Assembly (NCBI GenBank): GCA_963920595.1
Contig: OY986949.1
Location: forward strand, 1,116,001 to 1,180,000
Source of the DNA: Eimeria praecox
Lineage: Eukaryota
Direction of reading: 5' to 3'
DNA: 64,000 nucleotides
Shown one piece after another: positions 1 through 13,400 of this stretch. Each line of letters begins with the position of its first letter. The first letter of the stretch is position 1. A program made the translations under genes and the position numbers. Under the pieces are notes generated by a model that saw nothing but the letters and a program-made list of their open reading frames with translations, did not search any database and had not been told where the DNA came from.

Positions 1-45
1 CCTAAGAGACCCGAAGAAGTACAACCTAAAAAATCTGCCTGGGCT

Positions 46-395
46 TTGCTAGATTCTCAGAGCTCCCTAGACACCCCATGCCCCACAAATTGCAGGGGGT
101 GTCTCAACTATGGAGACGAAAGGCCTTACGACGCAGACAGTTCCGGCATCTCCTCTCAAGAAAGCATTCAAGTAGGGCCTTCCCCTTGTCTCTTTGTAAG
201 GGGGGCACCGTTGGCCCAGCAACAAATGCAGCAACTGCGACAACAGCAACAGCAACAGCAACAGCAGCAGCAGCAAACTAGGGTCCGCGTTGCCGGGCCT
301 GCAGAAGCCAACGGAAGACTTCCTTTCCTTCTTGACGGCTCCGTGCCCACGGAGGAGCCAGAGTCTTCACAGGGCGTTGAAAGCAGCAGGCCTCC

Positions 396-428
<33 letters not shown>

Positions 429-543
429 ACAACAGCAGCAGCAGACTCAGCCTCCCACTGCAACTTCAGCGGGAGAACGGACTGGTGGGGGCCGAAGAAA
501 GCACCGTGGTGGCCGGCGTCGCTCAGGTCGCCGTGGCAACTGA
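46..543 (+). CDS. Probable 3' end of a poly-Q hypothetical protein (gene starts upstream of the window)
   Basis: Open frame with CAG/CAA-encoded poly-Q tracts and a basic GGRR tail ending at TGA 541-543. No ATG start and no recognisable domain. Confidence 0.4.
217..443. repeat. CAG/CAA trinucleotide microsatellites
   Basis: (CAG/CAA)n tracts at about 217-275 and 397-443, typical of eimeriid genomes. Confidence 0.9.
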
Positions 544-3435
544 GAAGCCCTGTAAGCCCCTTAGCAGCAGATTTGTATTCTTTTCTGCTGGTGCTGCAGT
601 TGTGTATCCTCCCTCTTATGTCAGTTGTTCTCTGTCTTTTGGGGGGTTTCTGTGTGGTCCCCTTATACTGCGTCTCTCTGTTCCACACAAAGAAGCAGCA
701 TCAGCTGCCGCTGCTGCTGGTGCAGCACATATTTCTGTGGGCATGATATTTGCTGCTGCAGGAGTGTTGGAGAGCCGCGTTCATATTGCCTCATTACATC
801 ACCGATAAGTGAAGGGATTGCGCTGCGTTAAGGGGGTAGAGGTGTCTGTACACAGTGGCTTCTCGCGGCATTCTTTCCGGGAGGCATGCAGCCCCCTCCG
901 AAGTGGATTGCTAATCCACTGCAAGGTTCTTCTCCTCATCATCGCAGCAATTGCTGCTTTGGTTTTTTATAGCGCTTTTGTTTGTGTGCTCCGTGAGCAC
1001 AGCACCGTGCGCCTGCAGGCGAGTCAGGAGGCCCATAAATATGACATAGGCAATTGACAGTTGAGAGGACATTAGAGAGAAGTCCTTAGCCGGTTGTTGT
1101 TACGGCTATTAAAGGGATGTATGTATACAGCGCTGTGGAGGACTTGAATACGAACATCTTCTTTCACGGACCTCAACTGACTTTCGGTGTCTTGAGCCCT
1201 GGGAGCGAGCCCCATCGATGACTAGCTGCACCTGCAGCTGGCTTGTAAGCAGCTAGCTACGAATAGCTAGCTGAGGAAGAGGTAGGAATAATCTGGAGGC
1301 CTTCCAGCAGGCATTAAGTGCTACAGCGAGGAGAACCCCCTCATGTCTAGCTGGCATGAAGCAGTCAGAGGCTTTCCGCCGAATGGCTGTTCTTGCTGAC
1401 GAGAAGCCCCTGCATAGTTATATGCTTCAAATATTCTAATCTAAGAAAAGATAAACACCTATATGTTAGAGTGTCGCATGAAAGCAAAGTTTCTTTCTCT
1501 CTCATTTACATCCCCCAATCATCCACTTGTTCCTCCTGCGTGTGGGCAGTAATACACATGAAATACTATCATGATCTGGGTTATTTATTGCATGTACAGT
1601 GTAGTTTTTATGGGCTGCTCTTCTTAACACTGCCTGCACATGCAGATTATTGCTGTACACTGTTAAACTAAAGTTGAACGAACGAATGTAGCATCAACAA
1701 GCAACAAGATCTCATCACAACTAAGCAGTGTTTTGTAAACTAGACATGACAGAATCAATCTGCCCCACCGAAGCCTTTTAATGGCTCTGTAGTGCTTTTC
1801 GGGTATTATTAACCCATGGCGGCATCTCTTTAAGAAGCATCCAACCCTGTACACTCCCAAACTCCCCCATTGCCTCCCTCACGTGAACTGATGTAAAACC
1901 TAAAAATTATTGCTGGAAACCAACAAATGCTTCCAAGTTAAAGGAACACAAAGGCCAATGCACAAGAAAGAAAAAAGGAGCTTCTGTGCATGCAAGGACC
2001 AGCGGCTCTCCCCCAAGACTCGAGAACAGGATTTGTGAATAGTGAAGCATAGACCGGACTCAGCCTCATTAGCAACCACCATCGGCTGCCTTGATTGCAG
2101 CTTCGATTCAACAACAGTACAGACGCTTTACTTTTTTGAATCGTTTAAACTTTACCAAAGTTTTCAGATGCAATGACAGACCCTGGCCTCTTTTCAGCTA
2201 TCATGAGCTCCTTGAGCTGCATAGCCGCTAGAGAATAAAACGCCGCAGGCCTTACAGCTGCTACCTTCGCTACCTCCCAAGATCCCTATCTTTTGCCTAA
2301 ATCCACGCTCCTAGGGTAGATGGAAGGCACTTCAGCTATGTGCGTGGAGCTCTAAACACCCCCTTCTTACCGCTTGCCCCCCCCCCACCTGCAACTCTTA
2401 ACACTATGCTAAGTCCCCTGCTAGTATAGCCACAGTCGTCTACAGTGGTATATAAGGATAGGCCATATAATTGGGGCTGCAAGTAGAATGCTCACAGACA
2501 CGCGAATATTCAAAACCTGCAACGTGCAGGGATAAAGAAGCGCAGGTCCACGCATGCATGCAACTACACCACAACTGCAACAGCAGGCAGTCAGAAAGCG
2601 TTCTTTCCTCAGATTCGGTACTTAGATTAGAATTATTAGCATATTCACCCCCGGGATCCAGTATAGTATATGCTTGTAAGTGTATCTATAAGCGATTGGC
2701 CAGCCGACTGGTGAGTTGTATACCTCGAAAGGAGGAGTAGGATACACTAAAAAAACCCAGGTTATGGTGTGAAGGTTAAGAGCCAGAAACACCTTCCTAG
2801 TATATAGCGCGGACCCTTAGAGGGAGGGCCCCCCAGTAAGCGGTTTGTAGGCAGGAGCGATAGGTATCATCATCTCACTTTGGGAGGGATTCGCACAGTG
2901 GAAAATGGACGAAAGCACACAGTAAATTTGCATACGAATCTAAATAAATGAGTAAGATTAACAATTGTTTTGTCGCCTACTTGTGTGTGGCCATATGGTG
3001 TGGGCTGTAAGCGTTGCATGGGCATACACAGCGACCGGTTGCAGATACGGGCCCTGTGGTGTCGTGAGAAGTTGTTTGTCCCCGGCTTTGCTGGATTGGT
3101 GCTCTTGAAGTTCTGAAAAAGAAAAACAAAGTATTCATATAGTTGGCTTATTGGTTTCATTCATAAGACCTGGGGTTTAGGAGCGGCGGCTCCTTCCCTC
3201 ATCCGCTCCGCTGCCGCACCTCGTCTGTATCCTTTCAGCCATTTTCTGCTCCGTAGCGTTTCTTTTTTTCTTTTTGTTTCTTTTCTTCCACAGTATTTCG
3301 CACGCCCACGAGCATACACTCTCATCGCGCAGCCCTAGGGGCCTCCACGCGGTCGGTGCGGCTCGTCTTCTGGATGTTCTCAACATCTGACCACCGCCGC
3401 CCGTCTGCTTCGTCTGCATAATTCCTTTTTGGGAA

Positions 3436-5283
3436 ATGGCGGGGACCTCGAGAGCGTGTTGGGGGCCCTCCTGGGGCCCCAGGAGTCTGTGCGGGTTAAA
3501 AGCAGCGCCTCAGTTGTTGTTTCTATTGGCTTTGTCGTTGGTCATGGCTGCGCATCGAGGGGTCGTGAGCGCCTCCGATGCAGAGGAGGGTGTACAGGCG
3601 GACCGTCGGGTGTATTCGGAGGAACAGAAAGCAAGGGCGGCTGCGGATCAAAAGACAGTCATGGATAGCGGTCCAGTGTCGCTTTCTGATGCCACCTACA
3701 ACGATTTCATGGCGGCACATCCTCTGGCTTTAGTTATGTTCTATGCACCGTGGTGCTACTGGTCGCGTTCTGCTTTGCCTGAACTAGAGGCAGCAGCGAA
3801 GCTGCTGTCTCACCACGTGCCCCCGGTGGTGAGTGCGAAGGTTGATTGTACAGAAAACGAAGACCTTTGCAACCAGGAGTATATCCGGGAGTATCCTACG
3901 ATTCGGCTGTACATTGAAGGGGTGGGGCATTTGTATGAAGGGAGGCGCTATAGAAGCCACATCTTACACTGGGTAGACCTGAAGGTAGATCGCGACAAAC
4001 AACTTGTTTCTGCAGCGCATTTGGATGAGCTCATCAGTACCAGTAACAGTGATGGCAAAAGCAGCAGCTCTGAAGACGGCCACGTTGTTGTTGTTGCAGC
4101 TTTCCCTCCTAACTACAGCCGAGGGGGCTTTCAGGCGGTGGCGCGGGCCTTCGGTGAGGAGGTTTTGTTTGGGGATACTTCTGACCCCGAGTTGACAACT
4201 AGGTTGATAGATAAGCACGTTTTGCCGCGCCTTCCGGAGAAGGAACGTAGCAGCAGCGAGGTGTCTAGACAGCTGAAACCGCCCTTTGTTGTAGTGTTTG
4301 CTCCACACAAGGACGAGCCCGGCGTACATATCTACAAGGGCCCCGTAGGCGAAGTGAAGGAACTGCGTGCATTCGTGCGGCAGTGGCTGTTTCCTGTGGT
4401 TTCTCTGTTTGATGCGGAAAGCATCGGCAGCAGCTTTTTCAGTGACTCGAGACCCAAGCTGCTGCTGCTGCTAGACTCGAGCAAGCAGGATGGACGGCTG
4501 AAGGAGGTAGAAAGCGCAAACCCAACAGATCCTCTTCTTGCTGCCTTTCGGGCGGTGGCCGAGAAAAACCGCGTGTCAGTTGCTGCAGCTGTTTCAGGAA
4601 ACAGCAAAAACTATGAAAAACAGTTACTGAATCTCCTTGGAATAGAAGACGAATCGCTCCCTCAAGTACGAATCATGCAAGTCAGCCGTAACCCTGATGG
4701 CCCCCAGCATCCAGCAAAAAAATTTAGACCGTCTTCTCCTTTACCATCAGTAGATCAAGGGAGGGAGGCGTTGGAGGAAATGATGAATGCGTTTGTTTCA
4801 GGGGTGTTGTCGCACAGCGTACCCCCATATTTTAGGTCTGAGACCCCTCCTGACACCCCTGAACCCAGGGGCCGGGTTCGAACCTTGGTGGCTTCTACCT
4901 TTGCCACTGAGGTGCGGAAAGAGCCCAATGTTCTTGTTGAATTCTATGCTCCATGGTGCGGCTTCTGCCGGAAGATGGAGCCCGCGTACAAGGAGCTTGC
5001 AATGCGAGTCGCTGGGGTGTCTGGACTGCTGATTGCACGCATCGACGCAACGCGAAATGAAGTTGATGGCGTGGCTGTTGCTGGATATCCAACTCTTTAT
5101 TTGTACAGGAAAGGCGACAAGGAGCCTCTTCTGTATGCGGGAGACAGAAGCACTCGAGATATGCTGAAGTGGCTTAGCCTTCGCGTACGGGGCACATCTC
5201 CCTTCGATCCAGAAGAACTTATGAGCAGAGATATTGGAAATTCCAACGATAAAGCTGCTGCGTCGGTCCTCGAGGAGCTCTAA
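3436..5283 (+). CDS. Protein disulfide isomerase family protein (single exon, 615 aa)
   Basis: Hydrophobic signal-like segment. Two thioredoxin domains, FYAPWCYWS (CxxS) and FYAPWCGFC (CxxC), each followed by a YPT cis-Pro motif. C-terminal VLEEL resembles an ER-retention signal. Confidence 0.92.
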   Translation: MAGTSRACWGPSWGPRSLCGLKAAPQLLFLLALSLVMAAHRGVVSASDAEEGVQADRRVYSEEQKARAAADQKTVMDSGPVSLSDATYNDFMAAHPLALVMFYAPWCYWSRSALPELEAAAKLLSHHVPPVVSAKVDCTENEDLCNQEYIREYPTIRLYIEGVGHLYEGRRYRSHILHWVDLKVDRDKQLVSAAHLDELISTSNSDGKSSSSEDGHVVVVAAFPPNYSRGGFQAVARAFGEEVLFGDTSDPELTTRLIDKHVLPRLPEKERSSSEVSRQLKPPFVVVFAPHKDEPGVHIYKGPVGEVKELRAFVRQWLFPVVSLFDAESIGSSFFSDSRPKLLLLLDSSKQDGRLKEVESANPTDPLLAAFRAVAEKNRVSVAAAVSGNSKNYEKQLLNLLGIEDESLPQVRIMQVSRNPDGPQHPAKKFRPSSPLPSVDQGREALEEMMNAFVSGVLSHSVPPYFRSETPPDTPEPRGRVRTLVASTFATEVRKEPNVLVEFYAPWCGFCRKMEPAYKELAMRVAGVSGLLIARIDATRNEVDGVAVAGYPTLYLYRKGDKEPLLYAGDRSTRDMLKWLSLRVRGTSPFDPEELMSRDIGNSNDKAAASVLEEL

Positions 5284-6238
5284 TCAGGGGTCCGCCAAGC
5301 GACCTTAGTACAACCTTACTGCTGTTGCTGCTGCTGTTGCGGCTGCAGTCGCACATGCAGCAAACCGCGCACTGGCAACTGCTTCTGCTGGAGGGAGAGA
5401 TAAAACACCTCCGCAGTTGGGTGTGCTGCTGCCGGTGATGCGGGTTGTGCTTCCCTTGCCGCTAGGGGGTGAGTAGGGGAAGCCGTTTCACCACTTGAGT
5501 ACTGCGTCGCTTTTGGCGCTCGAGCTTGCGTTTGGCAGGATGGTGGTTGGAGTGTCTGTACAGCTTAGTGAGTGCCTCCGCAGCCAAAACAGCCTGTCCC
5601 TTGAGACGACCTGCCCTCAGGCATATGCGATTGGCTAGTTGGCTGTCTTGTCAGACGAACGGATCCCCCCTTTAAGTTCGTGTGGATGGGGAAGGGCCCT
5701 GGAGGGTATGGTCGGAAACCTTCCGGCAAACTGCGGCATTTGCCGGCTGCCTAGTAGGGCTTGCTAGGGGCCCTTCGTAAGGATTCTGTTTGCGTGTTGG
5801 GTGGGTGCAACTGCTAAGAATTGCCTCTTTGTGTCCACTTCTCTCTTTCGTAGCTAAACTATTTCAGGTGTATGCATACGTTCCTACGCAACGTTCACTA
5901 GATAGCAGAAACCTCAATCATAACAGTACGGCAGCAGCGAAGCCACTGGTGACTAGTATTCTTTTGTTTCAGCGCTTCTGACTTCAGTCAGGGCTGTCAC
6001 AGTTTATGTCTAGAACCGGCAACGCCACTGCGAGCGGTTTCTGTCTTTGGCATAGAGAGGAAAAGCACATTCTATTATCTATTATCTGGCATCGAGCACA
6101 TGCCAGAAGGGACTGAACGCTCAAAGAGGTTAGCTCTACTACACGCGCACAAGTAGACAACGTGGTGTATGCTGCATGCAGCAGACAGCACAGGGTTATA
6201 TCGCCTGTCTGTGTACACCTCATTTCTTGGGGGTCCAG

Positions 6239-7921
6239 TCAGGCATTTACTGGCGTCGTTGCTGCAATAGTATGACAGCCCCCACATGCCGCTAAAACAA
6301 CTTTTTCTCCCTTTCCGACAGTCACCTCAACGGGGGTATCACGGGACGCTGCTGGGCTCTCGACGAGCCCCCCTCTTCCAAGCTGGCCTTCTCGACCGCG
6401 GCCCCATACAAAGATTTTCCCCTCTCCACACAGCGCAAGGCTGTGCCCCTCCCCTCCACTGATCTGGGTGCAGCGGCCAGCTGAGGGCATTCCAGAGGTG
6501 CCCCCAAAGTCCACTTGAAGGGGGAGGGGGACATCAAGGTGGGTTGGCTCTGCGCACTGGCCATCCTTGCCGTAGCCCCACACAAAGACCTTCCCGTCTT
6601 GAGTTAAACATAAACTGTGTTGAGCCCCGCAAGCGATGGCAGCCACGTGTTGGTCTTTCAGAGCTGATACAAACTGGGGCCCCTCCACATTGAGAAGGCC
6701 CCCTCCAAGGCCAAGCTGCCCATAGAAGTTGCTGCCCCAAGTGTACACGCAACCCCTTTCACTAAGCGCCAAACAGTGGCTCTCTCCGCATGCAACAGCG
6801 ACAGCCCGTGCAGGGCCCCCTTCCTCTGGTGGCAGAGGTAACGGGCGTGGCTCATGAGGTGGGGCCTCCTTCCCCCCTTTGTCACCACCACCTTGGGGGC
6901 CTGTTGCCCGCACGTCCCCCCAGACAAAGACCTCCCCTTCTGCTGTAACTGCAGCACACATCCGGTCCCCGCAGGAGGCCCCTACGACCTTCTGCGTGGC
7001 CAAAGGGCCCCCCACCTTCCCAGGAGACAGACAAGAAGACCGTTGCTTCCGGCCCCCAAAGACATCCCGATTACCAGAGCCTTGAAGAAACAACTTGCCT
7101 CTGTTGGGAGGCGAATCCTGCTCGCCAGAAGCCTCGTGGGGAGGCCGGCCACACTGGCCGTGGGTGTTGTTGCCCCAGGTGTACAGACACCCCATCTCCG
7201 TAACCACGAGAGAGAAGCCGTTGCCACAAGACACCGAAACAGGCCTGTCTCCCTTCTGTAGCGGCAGCATAACCTCTTTCGGGCCCCCAGCAGCTGCAGC
7301 CCCCCCGACGTCTCCTGTAGCTCCAATCCCCCATGAAAAAACCCGGCCCTCCGACGTCACGCACGCAGAATGGCGAGGCCCCCCTGCAACACTAATGACG
7401 GTTTCGTGGGGCCTCAGCGGTAGGGAAGAAAGCACAACAGGAAACGGAGCAGACAGGGCTGAGCCGACTCCCACCTGCCCGTCGATGTTGGAGCCCCACA
7501 CGTATACATGAGACCCTCTAGGAGTTGCAGGCGTTGCGCAATGGGCAATTCTAGCGCCACTCCTGCGGCTGTTGCCGCCTCTCCCTTGCCAGTCAAGGGC
7601 ACAAAATGATAACCCTGCTGCAGCGAAGGCCAAGACAGCCCCCCCTCGTGAGGCGGGTAGGGGGTGAATATGCGCGCTGGTGCTCTGGCCGCTGCCACTG
7701 CTGCTCTTCGCGCTGCTGCTGCTGCTAATGCTGCTAATGCTGCTGGCGGTACTCTGCAGGCGACTGTGGGCTGCTCGAAACGCGGCTGCTGCAATTGCTG
7801 CGCCGGCGCCCCTGCCTGACTGAGAGAGCGGCAATGAGTTCCAGGCCATCATATGTAGCCGAGGTAGACTCCTGCGGCCCACAAAGTACCTTGATTGTTT
7901 TGCTACGGCGGGAATTGCCAT
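6239..7921 (-). CDS. RCC1-repeat (regulator of chromosome condensation) beta-propeller protein, 560 aa
   Basis: Repeated VYVWGSNxxGQxG and CGxxHSLxLT motifs. The Arg/Ser/Ala-rich N-terminus followed by a short hydrophobic segment resembles a mitochondrial targeting sequence (inference). Confidence 0.9.
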   Translation of the reverse strand: MAIPAVAKQSRYFVGRRSLPRLHMMAWNSLPLSQSGRGAGAAIAAAAFRAAHSRLQSTASSISSISSSSSAKSSSGSGQSTSAHIHPLPASRGGAVLAFAAAGLSFCALDWQGRGGNSRRSGARIAHCATPATPRGSHVYVWGSNIDGQVGVGSALSAPFPVVLSSLPLRPHETVISVAGGPRHSACVTSEGRVFSWGIGATGDVGGAAAAGGPKEVMLPLQKGDRPVSVSCGNGFSLVVTEMGCLYTWGNNTHGQCGRPPHEASGEQDSPPNRGKLFLQGSGNRDVFGGRKQRSSCLSPGKVGGPLATQKVVGASCGDRMCAAVTAEGEVFVWGDVRATGPQGGGDKGGKEAPPHEPRPLPLPPEEGGPARAVAVACGESHCLALSERGCVYTWGSNFYGQLGLGGGLLNVEGPQFVSALKDQHVAAIACGAQHSLCLTQDGKVFVWGYGKDGQCAEPTHLDVPLPLQVDFGGTSGMPSAGRCTQISGGEGHSLALCGEGKIFVWGRGREGQLGRGGLVESPAASRDTPVEVTVGKGEKVVLAACGGCHTIAATTPVNA

Positions 7922-9099
7922 GGTGCCCCTCTCATTTAAACAATGAGAGTAAAATTAATAAGGGAGTGAACAGAATCTAGGGTGATATCTAATAGGGAGA
8001 AAAAGAATGATCAGAGCTAAGCAGGGGCCCCTCTACACAAGAAGACGCCGTGCTCGGTAGTACCTCCTGAACCGGGGCCACCTGGCATCTCGTCGATGTC
8101 TCATAAATAGAATTGCAAATTTCGACAGATAAAGGGAAGCACGTATTACACCGAGTAACTTCAGGAGAAGGACAGTCGAGTGGCAGCTCGGATCTTGGGG
8201 CTGGATGCAAGCTTTCGTTATGCTATCTAGTGTGCCGCATTCTTTGCGTATTATCTTAAGGTACAGAGTTTCATAATCTGCAGCGTTGGCAATTAACTGT
8301 TCAATCCCGACATGATAACAAAGGACGAAGGCGGGAGCATGTGCTTGGCTTCACGATTTGCTTGCCTGTTTAATATGGCGCGTGCATTGCAGTACCAGTC
8401 TTCTAGCTAGGTTCACTGCACCCTGCAAATGCTGCACATATGCAGGGAATGTGTGTATTCATGACCGTCCAGAGGGCCAAGAAGGTCCCTTATTGCCTCA
8501 CCGGTCAATATTGAACACTCGATGCTCGATTCTGAGGATTCGGCATTCTTGTGGTGCCACGCGTGTTGCAGAGTCTGTCCGTTCCCAGTTGGCATATGGA
8601 TGTTTGCGTGTCTACTTGATGGGGAAAGCCAAGTGTGAGCTTAACAGTTGCGTGCGTTTTAGTGCATGGATGAGAGGGGGGGGGGTTGCTTGGATTGCTT
8701 ATGGGGTTGCCTTGCGGGGAAAATGCAGTGTATCAGGGTAGAGCATGATCTGCATGAGGTTGGAATGTGCATTTCTTCTTGTGTGCGGGCTGCCTGGTGA
8801 GGACCACGTAGGTGCTCAAGCATTGTCTGCAGTTTAAAGTGCACTAAAGTACATTTACGGGATGAAGGCTTGTTTGTACTTGCACGCGGGGTTATCTTGT
8901 AGAAGTATGTGCAGGAATATGGCTTGCACCTCCTACCAGGTGTCACCATTTCCTTAGTACTGCTAGGCGTATGGGCCGCGGTGTCTCTGTACGCTTCAGG
9001 ACTGGCGGTCTAAAGCGATACCTTGAACGTATGCAACGACTGTCGAGAGTTGTAATAGGGTTGAAAATTTAAGTAAAGAATTCCCGAAAAGCAGCTGGC

Positions 9100-12000
9100 T
9101 TTCCCTCTAGCCTCTAGGCGTCTTGGACACAGCTGCTAAAGGGCCTGCGGTGGTAGGGGAACGGGCGAGGCTGTAATGGGCTGCAACGCACCTTGGTGAA
9201 GGTAGAGCTGCAAGCCACCCGCGCATGCACAGTGATTGCCTCTTTGCTGCATGTGCTAGGATTGCAGAATGTAGTGTACAGTGTCCTCAAGTACTTACTT
9301 GACCCTCCATGGTGAGCTGTCGAGCAAGCAGAGGTAAGAGTACCATGATTAATGTTGCATCTGACCCCGTTACTTCCCTCCGCCAAGCGCAACACGTCTT
9401 CATGCGCTTTGCCCGTCCACGAGGAAGTAGAAGAAAAAGAATGAGGAAGCGGGGTGGTCGGTATCCAGGGAGATGTTGCTTCCGTGTGCTGCTGCCGCTG
9501 CCCTACAGCTCACGATAGTGGGATGGCCCAGTGAAGTGCCCACTTCCTAATAATGTCATTTCCTGCCGTTTGTGCGGGTCAGGAACCGCTTTTAGTGCGG
9601 GCATGCGAACGAAGATGAAAATGTAGGATGGTGCTGCCAAAGTGCAGCATTCAAAAGAGTACGAACGGTGCGGGCCACCCCAAAAGCCGAAAGGCCCAAC
9701 CCCAAAATACCGAGGGGAAATAAAAGGGTATGCAGCGGCGGCGCTGGGAGAAAAATATATAGGTAGACGTGCAGATCATCAAGGAAAAATAATTAGGGAA
9801 GAAACCATGAGCATTCACAATCTGCAGCAACCACCGCAAGGAGGATTAAAACACATATTTTAGCAGCGCTGGGAATACATACGTCTGCAGTCACCTCGAC
9901 GGAAAGGAGGAGGGCTCTTAGGTGGTTGATCCAGGGCATTTTCCTCCTCCATTTGTGCTCTCTCGCCCTGACGCTGTTGCGATTTTGTGTCTAAAAATTC
10001 GAGCGAAACACGGCAATTCCTTGAGCCTTTTGAGGCGACCGACACTGTGCATGATGAAATCTCCACTTTTGTGGAAGTCCGCACTGCACGCTAACGCGCT
10101 AACCCGTGAACGAACAGAGGAAGACGCTATTCAAAGTACAGCGAATATCTTGTGCTGCTCTCCCTACTGCGTGCTTTGGAAAACTTGAGATTCCATTAGA
10201 ACCAAGGTGCATAGCCTGGAAGTGACTGCTGAACCCTGTCTGCCGTGAGTTATAGCCTGACGTCCCTATAATTTTATCATGCATTCCTGTTCTACACCAA
10301 ACTGGGTCTGCATGTAGGAGGCTCCGGTGGTACGGGGCTGAATTATAACAGCCAGGCCTAATGCCGTATCAAACAAAGGAATTTCGGCGTAAGCGAGAGA
10401 TGACGCAGAGAAACGAGTCGAAGAGTGAACTTTTTTAATAGAACCATTTTTGCATTCTGCACACAAGATGGCATCACACAATTTGGGTGAAACTTGGTGG
10501 AGTTGGTCCAGATTCGTCTGAGAAACCGAAAGGTCAGCAAGAATCGGGTTTTAGGGTACTGTGGGTCTTCTTCTGTTAGCATTCCAGGCAAGTGAAGACA
10601 TACCCTTCAGCTGAGGGCCGCATCCTAGGCCACCAGAAGGACCTAACAACCGGCTCTATCCCCGTATTGATACCCCCGTGACCCGGTAAAACATTAGCGT
10701 GTGGGAAGCTAAGCTGGAACGTATAATCCAGTGAGTCCACGCCTCGTCTAGTATCACAGTAAATCAGTGTCGACCCTGTACTGCTCAAGTCGTTGCCCGT
10801 AACTGATCTTAGCCAGAACTGCAGTTACAAGAGTATCTAGGGAGTCAGTAGGAAGCATCTTAGAGAGGAAACGAGAACTACCACAGAAAAACGCAGTTAC
10901 AGAACACAAAGACTGACCGACAGGGCGACGGGGAGATATTGCTTCACATGATGAAGCGGTATGAGTAGCAAACGATTATCTTGTGCTCTTGGGAGTCAGT
11001 TGCCTTCTGAGAGAGCATCATCCCAACTGCTCTGTCACTGGCATCCGCCGCCACCTGTCGTTGGGAGAAATGGTTGTCGAATTCGGGGAAAGTGAAAACT
11101 GGGGACGATGTCACGCGTCTGATACGGCTTCTGGCGGCTTCGGCCTCCCTCTTCAAGCGAGTTATTTGCCCTTCTTATATAATAGATCCATTAGAGGAGT
11201 GAAAATGAGAGAGAACCCAGGAACGCTGCTGCCGTAGGACGATGCGAGACCCAAAAACTCCTGGACGTCCGTGCGAATTTAAAGGGGATCGCATACAAAT
11301 CGCCTCTATCTTCGAAGGAATTGGGTCAAATCCAGCCGCTTAGACACAGAAACCTAAAACACAAATTGCTTGCAAGAAAAAGAAACATTTCTGTTTCGCA
11401 TGCCACTGCTTCTCGAACAGTAGTTGCAGAGGAAGCTGCAGGCGCTGTAGAAGTTCCTGTGCATGCAAGCTGAATACAACCCAGCCGCCAATGCCTCAGA
11501 ACATCCATCCCTCATTGGTTTGCCCCCGAGAATCGTGATTGAGCAGTCTCAGGCGCATTCACTAGCGTACATGGCATCTAGCTGAACATTAGCATGCTTG
11601 CATTCGGAGATTGAATGCAGTCTTGCTTCGATTTTCCTAATGCATCGGAATTTGCAAAAGTGCTTCAGCGAAGTCACAGCAGGAATGCACTGCTGAATTG
11701 TGCAATCGATCAAATAGGTCGTTGAATCCAGGCATCGGGAACTTCACCGTGATTTTTTTGAGGGGATTGAAGCCGATGCACGCGCGTCACCTACCGTCCT
11801 TTCCCTTCACCTACACTTTATTCTGCCCAAGCACGCTAGTTAGCGGTTCGACCGTCTCATTATTTTAAATTTAAAGAGTTCCTGTCCTTGCTGCTCGACA
11901 TCCTCTTCAAGATGTGCGGGTAAGCGTTGCTGTGGAACAAAGCTTATGCTGCTCCAGGAATGCATTCGGTGCAGACTGCTGTGCGCACATTGTGTAGCCG

Positions 12001-13400
12001 GCCCACTAGAAGCTCTTTCTTTTTTAGTTTCTCTGAGAACTCTTCTTCAGTTTGGGTTGTTTCTGCCTTTCCCTGGATAATAATTGGGTCGAATCCTCCC
12101 AAACTGATGGCTTCCTACTATCTTTATGATGGAGTGCATGCGCTTCTTCGTCGTTTCGTGCATTCCCGCTGCACCGAGTACCAGCTGCCTGGCTTCTCTT
12201 CCCTGGAGACGATTGTGACTCGTGTTGCTGTAGATTATGCAAAAGCGGTTGGAAGTGCTGAGCATTGCACACTGTCACTGCTTCCGGAACATACCCCCAA
12301 TAGTGTCCACTGGGGGGCCCATAAGCGCTCTCAACCCCCCCAACATGTAGGATTCTCTCATGTTTAATTGGCCCAACATAGACGTTCCGTGCCACAGTAA
12401 TATGACCCGTTTCTGAATAGAATCTGGTTCCAAAGCTTTGCCGAACCTCGTGCCGTGTCGGCCGTCCGCAAAGCATAGCCGAAGAGGCTGCTCCCGTCAT
12501 ATCTGGATGGTCAGAAGAAATGAAAGAATTCTCGATGAAGTGGGAAGTAGACGTTCTGCCAGATGCGATGAGCAGAGTGAGCTTGTTTCTCTTCGGTGAT
12601 GCCCCCTATCTGTTGTTGCCTCCACACCCGACTGCAGATCCTGATTTATCTGCATTGTACAGGAGGAAAAGGCTGACATTTTGGAATGTACTCTTTAAAA
12701 CGTTGTTAGATGCCTTTTTTCTCTTTTATTTACCACAATGGTGGGGAGGGAACTGTTGCTTGCACATTTCATGGCTTCACAGTTCATGGTTCGCGAGGAA
12801 CCATGAACCATGCGGTGCTACCAAGCATAGCAGGAGTACTCGATCTGAGTCCTCTCGCAAGAGGCAATAGAACCAAATATTCAAAGAAAGACTTCGCAAA
12901 CGGAAGATGACCTCCTCCAGCCCCCAAGGTGCTGGGCACACCGACACGAAGGCCTCGGCTTGTGGGGCATGGCCCGGCCGTTACTGTAGTGAACGACTCT
13001 CTATGCTGCCGCTACTAGCATGTCCTGTAAATACCTGCTCAGGTGCAGTCATGCGATATATGCGCCACACTCAGCGTGCTAGGCGCAAAATAAATTTAAA
13101 ATATTATACAGCACTCTGCTAATCATATTCCGGATCCTACTCCGCTGAAGGAAGAAGTAGCCTCCTTCGGATGCTCACAATGACCTGTTGGGGATCATCA
13201 TCTCTGCTAGATCGTCACAACTATACCCATATCGTGGCTTTCTGCAAAGCATGCTTTGTTTGATAGTGCTGTAAGGCAGCCCTACAGAAGCGCACGACCA
13301 ATCGTGCAACTACATACGCTAAACTTGTAGAATACACTGTATACGGCAGTTAAACACTTGCTGAGCCCTGCATAGTAAGCCTGTGAGTAAGGGGAGATGT
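9100..13400 (-). mobile_element. Degenerate Ty3/gypsy (chromovirus-like) LTR retrotransposon relic
   Basis: Minus-strand fragments in pol order: RNase H-like VTSSPVFTFPEF...ADASDRAVGMMLSQ (10944-11156), integrase Zn-finger-like PGHGG...RSFWWPRMRPSAEGYVFTCLEC (10576-10788) and a chromodomain-like relic near 9650-9800. Many stops and frameshifts; boundaries approximate. Confidence 0.75.

Noticed and set aside
290..808. Poly-S, poly-L, poly-C and poly-A ORFs overlapping the CAG tracts (also at 60291-61454)
   Set aside because: Alternative-frame readouts of trinucleotide repeats.
1100..2900. Possible decayed retroelement or exons upstream of PDI
   Set aside because: No convincing motif recognised in any frame.
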